Below, in pieces: positions 9,998 through 20,037 of a stretch of 64,000 nt of DNA. The notes under the pieces are model-generated. The model was not told the origin of the DNA. It ran no database searches and was given only the letters and a program-made list of their open reading frames with translations. The translations under genes and the position numbers were made by a program. Numbering within the stretch: position 1 is the first letter of the stretch; each line of letters opens with the position of its first letter. The stretch comes from a virus: the IMG/VR virus record IMGVR_UViG_3300035670_000019, positions 64,001 to 128,000 of that record; one strand, given 5' to 3'.

Positions 9998-11362
9998 ATG
10001 ACATTAAGTACATTATCACAGTATGGAACACATTTCCAGACTAAGGTTTTATCTTCTTTACTTACACACAAAGAATTTCTAGTTAATATACATGATATCA
10101 TAAGTGAAGAATATTTTGAAAGTAGTGGCCACAAATGGATTATTAGTGAAATTTTAAAGTATTATGAAAAATACCATACTGTTCCTAGTATGGAGATACT
10201 TAAGGTAGAAGTTAAAAAACTAGAAAACGAAGTACTACAAGTATCAGTTAAAGAACAACTTAAAGAAGCTTATAAAGCATCAGATGAGGATTTAGCTTAT
10301 GTAGAAGAAGAATTTTCTAACTTCTGTAAAAACCAACAGCTTAAAAAAGCACTATTAACATCTGTAGATTTATTAAAAGCAGGTGATTATGACTCAATTA
10401 GAGGATTAGTTGATAATGCTTTAAAAGCAGGTGGTGATAAAAATCTAGGACTAGAATACAGCAAAGATATTGAAACGCGATACAGAGAAGAGCATCGTGT
10501 TACTATTCCTACACCTTGGGATATGTTTAACAATTTAATGCAAGGTGGATTAGGTAATGGTGATTTTGGATTAATATTTGGTAACCCAGGTGGTGGTAAA
10601 TCATGGACATTGATTGCTTTAGGTGGTATAGCTGTTGAATTAGGTTATAATGTAGTACATTATACACTTGAATTAGGTGAAGATTATGTTGGTAGACGAT
10701 ATGATGCTTTCTTTACAGGTATACCTGTAAATGAAATTACTAAATATAAAGATAAAGTTGAATCTGTTATTACTGAGTTACCAGGCAAATTAGTTGTTAA
10801 AGAATATTCACCAGGTAAAGCATCTATCTCAACACTAGAAGCACATGTTCAAAAATGTATTGATCAAGGTTTCAAACCAGATTTGATTATTATTGACTAT
10901 GTAGATCTTCTTCGTTCAAAGAAAAACAATCGTGAGAGGAAAGATGAGATAGATGATATTTATGTAAGCACAAAGGGTTTAGCTCGTGAGTTGAAAGTTC
11001 CAATTTGGAGTGTATCACAAGTTAACCGTGCTGGAGCCAAAGATGATATCATCGAGGGTGACAAAGCCGCAGGTAGCTATGACAAAATCATGATTACGGA
11101 TGTGGCTATTTCTCTCTCACGTAAAAAAGAAGATAAAGTGAAAGGTACAGGTAGATTCCATATAATGAAAAATAGATACGGCATGGATGGTTTAACATTC
11201 GGTGCCAAGATTGACACAGCTACAGGCCGCATGGAAATCTTTGACAATTACGATGATGACCCAGATCAGTATACTCCATCAAAACCAGTCAATAGTTTTA
11301 GTGACGTCACATCTTTAGATAGAGATGTCCTTCAACAAAAATTCTTTGAATTAAGCAAATAA
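9998..11362 (+). CDS. dnaB: Replicative DNA helicase, DnaB/gp41 family
   Basis: GNPGGGKS Walker A, YTLEL, IIIDYVDLL, SQVNR, KNRYG. Confidence 0.9.
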   Translation: MTLSTLSQYGTHFQTKVLSSLLTHKEFLVNIHDIISEEYFESSGHKWIISEILKYYEKYHTVPSMEILKVEVKKLENEVLQVSVKEQLKEAYKASDEDLAYVEEEFSNFCKNQQLKKALLTSVDLLKAGDYDSIRGLVDNALKAGGDKNLGLEYSKDIETRYREEHRVTIPTPWDMFNNLMQGGLGNGDFGLIFGNPGGGKSWTLIALGGIAVELGYNVVHYTLELGEDYVGRRYDAFFTGIPVNEITKYKDKVESVITELPGKLVVKEYSPGKASISTLEAHVQKCIDQGFKPDLIIIDYVDLLRSKKNNRERKDEIDDIYVSTKGLARELKVPIWSVSQVNRAGAKDDIIEGDKAAGSYDKIMITDVAISLSRKKEDKVKGTGRFHIMKNRYGMDGLTFGAKIDTATGRMEIFDNYDDDPDQYTPSKPVNSFSDVTSLDRDVLQQKFFELSK

Positions 11363-11381
11363 TTTATTATATTAGGAGTAT

Positions 11382-12332
11382 ATGATCACCGACGCAAGGA
11401 ACTACTACAAGCCGTTTGAATATCAAACTGCATTTGATTTCTACAAAGACCAACATAGAGCACATTGGTTAGCAGATGAAGTCCCACTCGCATCAGATTT
11501 GAACGATTGGAAATTAAAATTAACAGAACCCGAAAAGAATTTAATTGGAAACATATTAAAGTCATTTGCTCAAACAGAAGTACATGTTAATGATTATTGG
11601 TCAACAAAAGTATCAGTTTGGTTTCCGAAACCCGAAATACAAGCTATGGCTCGTGTATTTGCTGATTTTGAAAGCATCCACGCTGAAGCTTATGCTCGAT
11701 TAAATGAAGAATTAGGTTTAGATGATTTTAAAGCATTTTTAGAAGACGAAACATCTAAGGCTAAAATCGAACGCTTGATTGAAACACCCGGTGAAACAAC
11801 AGAAGATAGAGCAGTTTCATTAGCCATATTTTCAGCGTTTACTGAGGGTGTAAATTTATTTTCTTCGTTTGCTGTGTTAATGAGTTTCCAATTAAGAAAC
11901 TTAATGAAAGGTACAGGTCAGATTGTTGAATGGAGTGTTAGAGATGAATCACTACATTCAAAAGCAGGTTGTTGGTTATTTAGAACACTACTTGAAGAAC
12001 AACCAGAACTAAACACTGACGAATTAAGAGAAAAAATAATTGAAGCATGCCATTTATCAGTAAAACTTGAATTTGATTTTATTGATAAAGCATTTGAAAT
12101 GGGAAGCATTGATGGTTTAAATAAAGAACAATTAAAAAACTTTATTAAAGCCCGTGCTAATGAAAAAATGATTGAATTAGGTTATAAAGCAATTTATAAT
12201 GATATTGATCCTAACCTTTTAAAACAAATTGAATGGTTTGGACATTTAACATCAGGTAAAACACATCAAGATTTCTTTGCGGGTAGAGTAACAGCTTATG
12301 CTAAGTCTACAGCGGATTGGGATGATTTATAA
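11382..12332 (+). CDS. nrdB: Ribonucleotide reductase class I beta subunit
   Basis: WLADEV, ESIHAEAY, EGVNLFSSF, RDESLH and DFFAGRVTAY ferritin-like motifs. Confidence 0.93.
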   Translation: MITDARNYYKPFEYQTAFDFYKDQHRAHWLADEVPLASDLNDWKLKLTEPEKNLIGNILKSFAQTEVHVNDYWSTKVSVWFPKPEIQAMARVFADFESIHAEAYARLNEELGLDDFKAFLEDETSKAKIERLIETPGETTEDRAVSLAIFSAFTEGVNLFSSFAVLMSFQLRNLMKGTGQIVEWSVRDESLHSKAGCWLFRTLLEEQPELNTDELREKIIEACHLSVKLEFDFIDKAFEMGSIDGLNKEQLKNFIKARANEKMIELGYKAIYNDIDPNLLKQIEWFGHLTSGKTHQDFFAGRVTAYAKSTADWDDL

Positions 12333-12341
12333 TATTAAAAA

Positions 12342-14066
12342 ATGAGTATACAAGTGGATTCAACAAATTGGATTAAAGGAAAGCACTATCCGGAATGGAT
12401 GGATGAGATTGCAGTAAGTATGATTTCAAAAGGTTATTTATTACCTGATGAAGATGTATTTGATGCATATAAAAGAGTAAGTAAGTTTGCTGCTCGTCGC
12501 TTACGCCGTAAAGATTTACAACCATTCTTTTATGAGGCGATGGTTAAAAACTGGTTATGCTTAGCATCACCTGTATTATCAAACATGGGTACTGAACGTG
12601 GAATGCCTATTTCATGTTTTGGTATTGATGTAGGTGATAGCATTGAAGGTATTGCTGATGCTAACTCAGAACTAATGAGATTATCGTCTCAAGGTGGAGG
12701 TGTTGGTATTGGTGTATCTCGCATTAGAGGACGAGGTAAAACCATTAAAGACAATGGAGTATCAGAAGGTGTTGTTCCGTGGTGTAAAATTTATGACTCT
12801 ACAATCTTAGCTACTAATCAAGGTAGTGTTCGTAGAGGAGCAGCATCTGTTAACCTAAACATTAACCACTCAGACATTGAAGAATTTTTACAAATTCGTA
12901 GACCAAAAGGTGATGTTAACAGACAATGTTTAAATCTTCATCAATGTGTTGTTATTGATGATGAGTTTATGAATAAACTTGAGAATAAAGATCCTAAATC
13001 ATTAAAGATTTGGGGTGAAATTCTTAAGACACGTCTTGAGACAGGTGAACCTTATATTATGTTTGAGGATAACATTAACAATGCTAATCCTGAAGCATAT
13101 AAAAAGAACAATTTAAAAGTATCAATGACTAATATTTGTACTGAGATTGCTCTCTATACAGATGAATTACACTCATTTATTTGTTGTTTATCATCACTTA
13201 ACTTAGCTCGCTGGGAAGAATGGAATGAGTATAAGTTTGAAAACGGAATGACATTGCCTGAATTGGCTTGTTGGTTCTTGGAAGGTGTGCTTCAAGAATT
13301 TATCGATAGAGCTAAAAATATCAAATTCATGGAAAACACAGTTCGCTCAGCTACTAAAGGTAGAGCAATTGGAGTTGGTGTTTTAGGTTGGCATACTTTC
13401 TTACAACAAAAGGGATTACCATTTGTAGGTATTCAAGCAAATTCTTATACAAGAATAATGTTTGATTTTATTGAAAAAGAAGTATTAAAAGCATCTCGTG
13501 CTCAAGCAGAATTATATGGTGAGCCAGAATGGTGTAAAGGTACAGGTTTGAGACATACTCACCACATGGCACCCGCACCTACAGTATCAAATGCTCATAT
13601 TTCAGGAGGTGTATCACCTTCAATTGAACCTATTCCTGCTAATGTTTATAATTTGAAAACAGCTAAAGGTGTATTTATTAAACGTAATAAAATTCTAGAA
13701 GAATTACTTACTAAAAAAGGATATAACATTGATAGCGTTTGGGATCAGATTTTAAAAGATCAAGGTTCAGTTTTAGGACTACCTGATTATATTTTAACTG
13801 ATGAGGAAAAAGAAGTATTCTTAACATTTAAAGAAATTAATCAGTTAGAAATTGTTAAACAAAATGGCATTAGACAAAAATACGTTGACCAAGCAATTTC
13901 ATTGAATCTCACGTTTGATCCCAATGACGCACCAAAGTGGATCAGTCAAGTACATAAAGAAGCTTGGAAACAAGGAGTTAAAACATTATATTATTTACGC
14001 ACTGAAAGTGTTTTAAGAGGAGATAATTTGCAACGTCTAGCAGATTGTATCAGCTGTGAAGGGTAA
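12342..14066 (+). CDS. nrdA: Ribonucleotide reductase class I alpha subunit (short, no ATP cone)
   Basis: PISCF, GGGVG, RRGA, TNICTEI, APTVS, DQAISLN, KTLYY and C-terminal CISCEG. Confidence 0.93.
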   Translation: MSIQVDSTNWIKGKHYPEWMDEIAVSMISKGYLLPDEDVFDAYKRVSKFAARRLRRKDLQPFFYEAMVKNWLCLASPVLSNMGTERGMPISCFGIDVGDSIEGIADANSELMRLSSQGGGVGIGVSRIRGRGKTIKDNGVSEGVVPWCKIYDSTILATNQGSVRRGAASVNLNINHSDIEEFLQIRRPKGDVNRQCLNLHQCVVIDDEFMNKLENKDPKSLKIWGEILKTRLETGEPYIMFEDNINNANPEAYKKNNLKVSMTNICTEIALYTDELHSFICCLSSLNLARWEEWNEYKFENGMTLPELACWFLEGVLQEFIDRAKNIKFMENTVRSATKGRAIGVGVLGWHTFLQQKGLPFVGIQANSYTRIMFDFIEKEVLKASRAQAELYGEPEWCKGTGLRHTHHMAPAPTVSNAHISGGVSPSIEPIPANVYNLKTAKGVFIKRNKILEELLTKKGYNIDSVWDQILKDQGSVLGLPDYILTDEEKEVFLTFKEINQLEIVKQNGIRQKYVDQAISLNLTFDPNDAPKWISQVHKEAWKQGVKTLYYLRTESVLRGDNLQRLADCISCEG

Positions 14067-14077
14067 TATTTATTACC

Positions 14078-15097
14078 ATGAAACAGAAATTATTCCCTAT
14101 ATTAATAGCATTGTCAGCATTAGCCGTAAGTGCTAGCGCTGCTTTCTATTCTATAACAGGTTTATCTAAATTATTTGCTGGAGCAAGTACTGAAGTAATT
14201 ATTATGGCTTCTAGTTTAGAAGCAGCTAAATTAGTAATGGCTTCTTTATTATATCAATATTGGGATAAATTAGGTAAATTGCTAAGAACATACCTAACAA
14301 TAGCATTATTAGTACTGATTGGTATTACTTCAGCTGGTATCTATGGTTTTTTAAGTGCTGCTTATCAAGAAACAGCTAGTAAAGCAAGTGTTGTAGATAA
14401 AGAGACTCAAGTGTATAAAGTTAAAAAAGAACGTTTTGAACAATCTAAAACAGATTATACAACTGAAAAACAAAGACTAGATAATGATATCAGCCAATTA
14501 CGAGGTGCTTTAGCTACTGGTAGTACTACTCAGTCTGTAGATGCTAAAACAGGACAAGTAGTCACCCGAGCTAATAATGCTAATAGAAAAACATTTGAAG
14601 CACAATTAAATTCTGCTATACAGAACAAAGAAATAGTTGATAATAAAATTGTAGCAGCAAATGATAGTATAACTGCTTTAGATATGAAAATATTAGAAAT
14701 TGAATCCAAAGCTGAATTAGCAGGTGAGTTAGGCCCTCTCAAATATATAAGTAAACTTACAAGTAAACCTATGGACCAAATTATAAATTGGTTCTTACTT
14801 GTAATTATATTTGTATTTGACCCCTTAGCTATATGTTTAGTAATCGCAGCTAATATCGCTTTTAATCAACTAAAACCTAAACCCACACCAGAAGCATCAC
14901 CTAAAGAATATGAGATTTATACTTCACCCGCAGTTGTAGAAAACCAATCTAATCCAATAAAAGAATCTAAATCTGATAATCTTCAAGAACAAATAAATGA
15001 CATAATGTCTCAAAATATATCAAGTTGGAAAAAGAATAAATTAATAGAAGAATTACAAAATAAAAAAAAAGATGATACAACTATAATTTATTATTAA
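14078..15097 (+). CDS. Membrane protein with coiled coil
   Basis: Three N-terminal hydrophobic segments, coiled-coil middle, ELGPLKY...IIFVFDPLA segment. Confidence 0.65.
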   Translation: MKQKLFPILIALSALAVSASAAFYSITGLSKLFAGASTEVIIMASSLEAAKLVMASLLYQYWDKLGKLLRTYLTIALLVLIGITSAGIYGFLSAAYQETASKASVVDKETQVYKVKKERFEQSKTDYTTEKQRLDNDISQLRGALATGSTTQSVDAKTGQVVTRANNANRKTFEAQLNSAIQNKEIVDNKIVAANDSITALDMKILEIESKAELAGELGPLKYISKLTSKPMDQIINWFLLVIIFVFDPLAICLVIAANIAFNQLKPKPTPEASPKEYEIYTSPAVVENQSNPIKESKSDNLQEQINDIMSQNISSWKKNKLIEELQNKKKDDTTIIYY

Positions 15098-15104
15098 AAG
15101 AATA

Positions 15105-15113
15105 ATATGTATA
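15105..15113 (+). promoter_or_regulatory. Class 2 (putative late) motif ATATGTATA
   Basis: Recurring ATAT(T/G)TATA motif shortly upstream of a start codon. Confidence 0.45.
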
Positions 15114-15148
15114 ACTAAACACTAACAATCATAAAACCCTAAAATACC

Positions 15149-15547
15149 ATGCCAACATTAACCGCACAAGCAGTTTTATCATCAACCACATTATTTCCCA
15201 ATCCTGCTTCTGTTAGCTTAACAGCCACTGAAGTAGTTAGTGGATCAGCTGAATACCAATACAGAATTGTTTCTGCTTCATCTACTACTATTCTTTATGG
15301 TCCTTCAACAGCTGCTGATACTTCAGAAACAGTATATTTTTACGCTGCTTCTCCATCAACTTCTCCTGTGACTATAACTTTAAACATTACTGGATCAAAT
15401 ACATCAGCTAGCTCAGCTGTTGTGTTACGCCCAGGTGACTGGACATGGATTCCATTACACGTTAATGGTGCAGGATACACAGTAACAGCTGTTAACGCTA
15501 CTACTACATCTTCACTTCTTAACGTATTCTATGGTGAAAGATCATAA
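15149..15547 (+). CDS. Ser/Thr-rich beta protein, possible virion decoration protein
   Basis: 132 aa, few charged residues, preceded by a class 2 motif. Confidence 0.5.
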   Translation: MPTLTAQAVLSSTTLFPNPASVSLTATEVVSGSAEYQYRIVSASSTTILYGPSTAADTSETVYFYAASPSTSPVTITLNITGSNTSASSAVVLRPGDWTWIPLHVNGAGYTVTAVNATTTSSLLNVFYGERS

Positions 15548-15571
15548 TTAAAAATACATATTTTTCAAATT

Positions 15572-15605
15572 AGGCTTGGATTTCCAAGCCTTTTTTGTTA
15601 TATTT
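15572..15605 (+). terminator. Intrinsic terminator fused with class 1 promoter motif
   Basis: AGGCTTGG-ATTT-CCAAGCCT then T-tract; TTGGAT at 15576 and TATATT at 15599. Confidence 0.75.
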
Positions 15606-15610
15606 AGGCT

Positions 15611-16240
15611 ATGAGAAAGATAATATGGTTGTTTATAACAGTTATGTTCATTTCTTGCTCTAAAGAACAAGAAACCCCAACTGAAGTATGTACAGGAGGA
15701 TGTGAAGTATTATTTGCTATCTCCACAGGTGAATTACAATCTGATGGATACTGGCATGTACCATTTTTAGGATACAATTATTTCACTATTAGAGGCAACT
15801 TGACTCCAATGAATCCCCAATATGAAGTTAATGATGTACCATTAGTGGAAACAGCCTTTGACTCTGATTATTGGATTTTAATTGACACTATTCATTTTAT
15901 TACACCTATGTATTCTTATTTAGGTTGGTTTAGTGATAATAATTTCCAAAATCCTATACCTATAGGTAACCATGAATATGATATAACTTATTTAGCTGAT
16001 ACTTATGCTCCATATAATATAGCTGGGTATCAATTAAGCCCCAACATATGCTGGGATTGTCCCTACACTGAAACTTTGTTTGGCTCTTACAGTAAGTATA
16101 CTTATATTCCGTCTCAAAACATATTTTTTGATAATGAGATGGTAGGCGATACTGCTAACATTTTTATTAGAGTTACCTTCAACACAGACTTAGGTCCTCG
16201 TGAAGTTAAAAATGAAACATTAAAAATAATCTTTGAATAA
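15611..16240 (+). CDS. Putative lipoprotein
   Basis: MRKIIWLFITVMFISC lipobox-like N-terminus. Confidence 0.6.
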   Translation: MRKIIWLFITVMFISCSKEQETPTEVCTGGCEVLFAISTGELQSDGYWHVPFLGYNYFTIRGNLTPMNPQYEVNDVPLVETAFDSDYWILIDTIHFITPMYSYLGWFSDNNFQNPIPIGNHEYDITYLADTYAPYNIAGYQLSPNICWDCPYTETLFGSYSKYTYIPSQNIFFDNEMVGDTANIFIRVTFNTDLGPREVKNETLKIIFE

Positions 16241-16530
16241 TGAAAATAGGCACACTAGTAGAATGCGTTGATGATCGGTTCAATGCTGAACAATTAGAAA
16301 AAATACTTAATCGCCCTAAAAAAGGTAATCACTACATGATTAGGGAAATTATTGAATTAGGACACTTAGTTGGAGTGTTATTAGAAGAAGTTCGTAATCC
16401 TATAACAGCTAAACTAAATGGTATACCTGTTGAACCTAATTTTAATATTGAACGGTTCCGAGAAATAGAAGGACTAGATGATTTATATGAAGAACTAGTT
16501 GAAGAAGTATTTGCAGAAGAATTAATATAA
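16240..16530 (+). CDS. Hypothetical protein
   Basis: ORF with stop/start coupling to the previous gene. Confidence 0.6.
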   Translation: MKIGTLVECVDDRFNAEQLEKILNRPKKGNHYMIREIIELGHLVGVLLEEVRNPITAKLNGIPVEPNFNIERFREIEGLDDLYEELVEEVFAEELI

Positions 16531-16536
16531 AACAAT

Positions 16537-17058
16537 ATGGTTACAGCTAAAGAAGTTTTACAAGAATTTAATCCTACATTTGGTATCAAAGCTCCTGCTA
16601 AACCACCAAAGATGAAAAAGTTCAATGTTTTTTATTGGCATAGGCGTTATCCAACTCATAAGTTTTTGCCTGATAAAGAACATATATGGAATAAATGTAA
16701 AAATGGAGACTTTGAATATTCACCGTATGCTAAGTATATTAACTATGAGTATTGGTGGATGGCTGAAGAAATAGCTGCTCTTCGCAACAGTGACAAATCA
16801 CACTCAGTAAAACAAGAATTAGAACGTGAAATTATAACCAGTTATAACAAACGCCTAAAAAACCTCAGACAAGATTTTCAGCGTGATGAATTTGAACGTA
16901 TGCAAAATCTAAAAAACAGTCTCCGCAAAACATTTGGTGGTACTAAAGCAGATGTTGATGAGTTTATTGAGAAACGAGCATTTGGCACCACAGATGAAGT
17001 AATCAGACAGTACTATGCTTGGATAAGTACTGCAAAAACTGATACTCTTCCTTTTTAA
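16537..17058 (+). CDS. Hypothetical protein
   Basis: 173 aa ORF in operon. Confidence 0.6.
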   Translation: MVTAKEVLQEFNPTFGIKAPAKPPKMKKFNVFYWHRRYPTHKFLPDKEHIWNKCKNGDFEYSPYAKYINYEYWWMAEEIAALRNSDKSHSVKQELEREIITSYNKRLKNLRQDFQRDEFERMQNLKNSLRKTFGGTKADVDEFIEKRAFGTTDEVIRQYYAWISTAKTDTLPF

Positions 17059-17066
17059 AAGTGTGT

Positions 17067-17095
17067 TTGGCAAACATTAAAATAATATTTATATT
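17067..17095 (+). promoter_or_regulatory. Class 1 promoter-like motif TTGGCA-N17-TATATT
   Basis: Recurring motif, upstream of the DpdA-like gene. Confidence 0.6.
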
Positions 17096-17103
17096 AAATC
17101 GTT

Positions 17104-17889
17104 ATGAAAGTATCTCACGAAGTTCCATTAGCATTATTAGAAATGTCAAAAAGTTTTAATGATTATGACTACTGTCTACCTCATTTGCTAGACAAATATG
17201 AAGAATACAAAAAGTATTTTCAATGGGCTAAAGAAAATAATCGTTATATCATTATGGATAATTCATTACATGAATTAGGTCATGCTTATGATACTGACCG
17301 TTTAATGCATTGGATTAATGAATTACAACCAGATGAGTTTATTGTTCCTGATGTTTGGGAAGATATGGAAGCATCAATTAAAAATGCTGCTGAATGGATT
17401 AGAATTGCTCTTCCTCCTAATATTCTTAAAGTAGCTGTTGTTCAAGCTAAAAGTATTAGAGAAGCAGCTGAATGTTATTTTAAATATAAAACATTAGGTT
17501 ATAAGAAAATAGCATTCTCATATGGTGCCGCTTATTATAAAGAACATTTTCCGCATCCAACATCAGCTGTAGCAACAGCAGTAGGACGAGTATCTGTTAT
17601 AAGTAAACTATACAAAGAAGGTATTATCAAAGACACAGACAATGTTCACTTGCTAGGATGTGCTATTCCACAAGAATTTGTTCACTATAGAAACATGCCT
17701 TTTATCACTACTATTGATACATCAAATCCTATTATGGCAGCAATTGAAGGTACACTTTATGAACCATATGGTTTAGATCAAAAACCTAAAACTAAAATTG
17801 ATGATGTTATAGATAGTAAAATTGATAAAGTACAGTTTGGAAAAGTTATTATGAATACTAAATATTTTAGAACAATAAATGGAATATAA
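17104..17889 (+). CDS. dpdA: DpdA-like DNA 7-deazaguanine transglycosylase (TGT fold)
   Basis: IIMDNS, IVPDV, VHLLG and TIDTSNP map onto TGT/DpdA barrel motifs; heads the queC/D/E/folE region. Confidence 0.65.
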   Translation: MKVSHEVPLALLEMSKSFNDYDYCLPHLLDKYEEYKKYFQWAKENNRYIIMDNSLHELGHAYDTDRLMHWINELQPDEFIVPDVWEDMEASIKNAAEWIRIALPPNILKVAVVQAKSIREAAECYFKYKTLGYKKIAFSYGAAYYKEHFPHPTSAVATAVGRVSVISKLYKEGIIKDTDNVHLLGCAIPQEFVHYRNMPFITTIDTSNPIMAAIEGTLYEPYGLDQKPKTKIDDVIDSKIDKVQFGKVIMNTKYFRTINGI

Positions 17890-18064
17890 ATCACTTTATG
17901 ATCATTTAGGCAGAGCCGCAGGTGGTCAACTAGGAAAACAAGTAGCTGAGGCTGCTGTTCGAGATGGAGTAAAAATTCAAACTCGACAAGTATCTAACCC
18001 TAAGTATGAAGGAGAAGTAATGCTGTATCCTTCAGATTGGCTTGAAAATTATTTTAATAAATAA
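17879..18064 (+). CDS. Small hypothetical protein
   Basis: 61 aa ORF coupled to the DpdA-like gene. Confidence 0.55.
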   Translation: MEYKSLYDHLGRAAGGQLGKQVAEAAVRDGVKIQTRQVSNPKYEGEVMLYPSDWLENYFNK

Positions 18065-18078
18065 AAACAATAAAAGTT

Positions 18079-18348
18079 ATGCCTTATTTTTCTACAGACG
18101 CCGAATTAGACATTTCAATTGATGAATTTCTTTCTGAATGTGATTCAGGAGATATTAGAGAGCTTATTAACGCACTTATTGAAGATGGTCATTTAACTCC
18201 AAAACAGGTATTTAACCATAAAGCATCTGGAGTAACAGCAATGGAACAAGATCATATCAATATGTGTAATAAACTATCTGATAAATTCTATCAAATGAGT
18301 AATGAAGATATTCAAGTATTAGAAACCTTATATAAAAAATATTGTTAA
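18079..18348 (+). CDS. Hypothetical protein
   Basis: AAGTTATG start context, 89 aa. Confidence 0.6.
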   Translation: MPYFSTDAELDISIDEFLSECDSGDIRELINALIEDGHLTPKQVFNHKASGVTAMEQDHINMCNKLSDKFYQMSNEDIQVLETLYKKYC

Positions 18349-18349
18349 T

Positions 18350-19234
18350 ATGAAAAAACAAGCAGTATTATCCTTAAGTGGAGGAATGGATAGCTCCACA
18401 TTGCTGCTTCATCTACTTGCCAATGGCTATGAAGTAACAGCGTTATCATTTGATTATGGGCAAAAACATAATGTTGAATTAGAACGTGCTAAAGATTTAG
18501 TTAAGTATATTAATGGTAATCCAAGTCGTTTATTCCATCATGATCATGCTCCAAATGGATTTGATGAAATTTATCCACTAGTAAAACATCAAGTAATTGA
18601 ACTTAAAGGACTATCTGAACTATTAAATTCAGCATTAGTAACTGGAGGTGAAGAAGTACCTGAAGGACACTATGCTGAAGAAAATATGAAGGCAACAGTA
18701 GTTCCTAATCGTAATAAGATTTTTAGTTCAATTATTCAAGCAGTAGCATTATCAATTGCTGAACAAAAGAATACTGAATGTGCTATTGCAATGGGTATTC
18801 ATGCAGGTGATCATGCTATTTATCCTGATTGTCGTCAAGAGTTTCGAGATATTGATTTTGAAGCATTTAAAGCAGGCAATTGGGGAAGTGAGAAAGTAAA
18901 AATTTATACTCCATATCTTGATACTGATAAGTTTGGTATTTTAGAGGATGGTGATAAATGTATAGAATGCTTGAAACTAGACTTTAATGAAGTATATAAG
19001 CGCACTAATACATCTTATAAACCAATTAATTGGACCTGGACAGATGTAAATGGTGAAATTCGCTCTAAATGGTACTCAGATTACAAATCAGCATCATCTG
19101 TAGAACGTATTGAAGCATTTATGAAACTAGGAAAACCAGACCCAGTAGAATATGCTGATGAAGAAGGTCCTACAACTTGGAGAATGGTAACAAATCATGT
19201 TAAACAAATATTAGAAAATCATGCCAACATCTAA
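18350..19234 (+). CDS. queC: 7-cyano-7-deazaguanine synthase
   Basis: SLSGGMDS, FDYGQKH, VVPNRN, HAGDHAIYPDCR. Confidence 0.92.
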   Translation: MKKQAVLSLSGGMDSSTLLLHLLANGYEVTALSFDYGQKHNVELERAKDLVKYINGNPSRLFHHDHAPNGFDEIYPLVKHQVIELKGLSELLNSALVTGGEEVPEGHYAEENMKATVVPNRNKIFSSIIQAVALSIAEQKNTECAIAMGIHAGDHAIYPDCRQEFRDIDFEAFKAGNWGSEKVKIYTPYLDTDKFGILEDGDKCIECLKLDFNEVYKRTNTSYKPINWTWTDVNGEIRSKWYSDYKSASSVERIEAFMKLGKPDPVEYADEEGPTTWRMVTNHVKQILENHANI

Positions 19235-19409
19235 AAAACGAGGTGGGAAAAAAGCCCACAACAAACGAGTAGCAAAACGTAATACAAATATTGCTACAGC
19301 ACAACGTGCGTATGAAAAACTTTATACTAATGCACTTCAAGAACATTTAAATAAATTAAATCAAGAACAAAATGGAACATCCAAACCCGAAGAAACACCA
19401 GCGGATTAG
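19221..19409 (+). CDS. Small basic hypothetical protein
   Basis: Lys/Arg-rich N-terminus, 62 aa. Confidence 0.5.
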   Translation: MPTSKKRGGKKAHNKRVAKRNTNIATAQRAYEKLYTNALQEHLNKLNQEQNGTSKPEETPAD

Positions 19410-19527
19410 TTTTGTTAAATCTGCTTTACGAATTATAGGTTATTTATTAATATTAACAGAACCAGCAGCTGCTGTCACATTTTTAGTATGTAGTGAAGCT
19501 TTAGGTATATTGGAGGAATTAGTATGA
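19372..19527 (+). CDS. Small membrane protein (not in ORF track)
   Basis: MEHPNPKKHQRISFVKSALRIIGYLLILTEPAAAVTFLVCSEALGILEELV; fills the gap and overlaps the next start (ATGA). Confidence 0.6.
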   Translation: MEHPNPKKHQRISFVKSALRIIGYLLILTEPAAAVTFLVCSEALGILEELV

Positions 19528-19778
19528 GTAAACAATTATTTTATTATAGCGCACCTTGGTGCCAACCATGTGAAACATTAGGCCCAATTATGGACCAAGT
19601 AAACAAACAAATACCTATCTGTAAAATTAATATTGACTATGCTGACCCAGCTGTTATTGAATCAGCACAAATAAGAAACATTCCTACAGTGGTGTTAGTA
19701 GAAAATGGAAAAGAAGTTCGTAGATTTACAGGTGTAAAATCATATAACCAAATAATAGACTTTTTAAATTATGGCTGA
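19524..19778 (+). CDS. Thioredoxin
   Basis: WCQPC active site and IRNIPT cis-Pro segment. Confidence 0.85.
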   Translation: MSKQLFYYSAPWCQPCETLGPIMDQVNKQIPICKINIDYADPAVIESAQIRNIPTVVLVENGKEVRRFTGVKSYNQIIDFLNYG

Positions 19779-20031
19779 ATTTAGTAAACAATGGGCTGAA
19801 AAATATGACCCTGAAGGTGGTTGGGATTTTGATATTGAAGAAGTATCAAACCAATTAGATCCAAACCATTATGTACCTATGATCTGTGAAGGTTTTGGAT
19901 TTATAGCTATTGGACGAGATGAAAATTATAATGTTTTGCTTGCTATGCCTACTGGTGAAACAGAAACAGATGAAAATGGTCAAATTTCTGATATAGTAAC
20001 TTGGCAAGCATATGAAGATATCGTAAAATAA
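19771..20031 (+). CDS. Hypothetical protein
   Basis: 86 aa acidic ORF. Confidence 0.6.
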   Translation: MAEFSKQWAEKYDPEGGWDFDIEEVSNQLDPNHYVPMICEGFGFIAIGRDENYNVLLAMPTGETETDENGQISDIVTWQAYEDIVK

Positions 20032-20037
20032 AATAAT

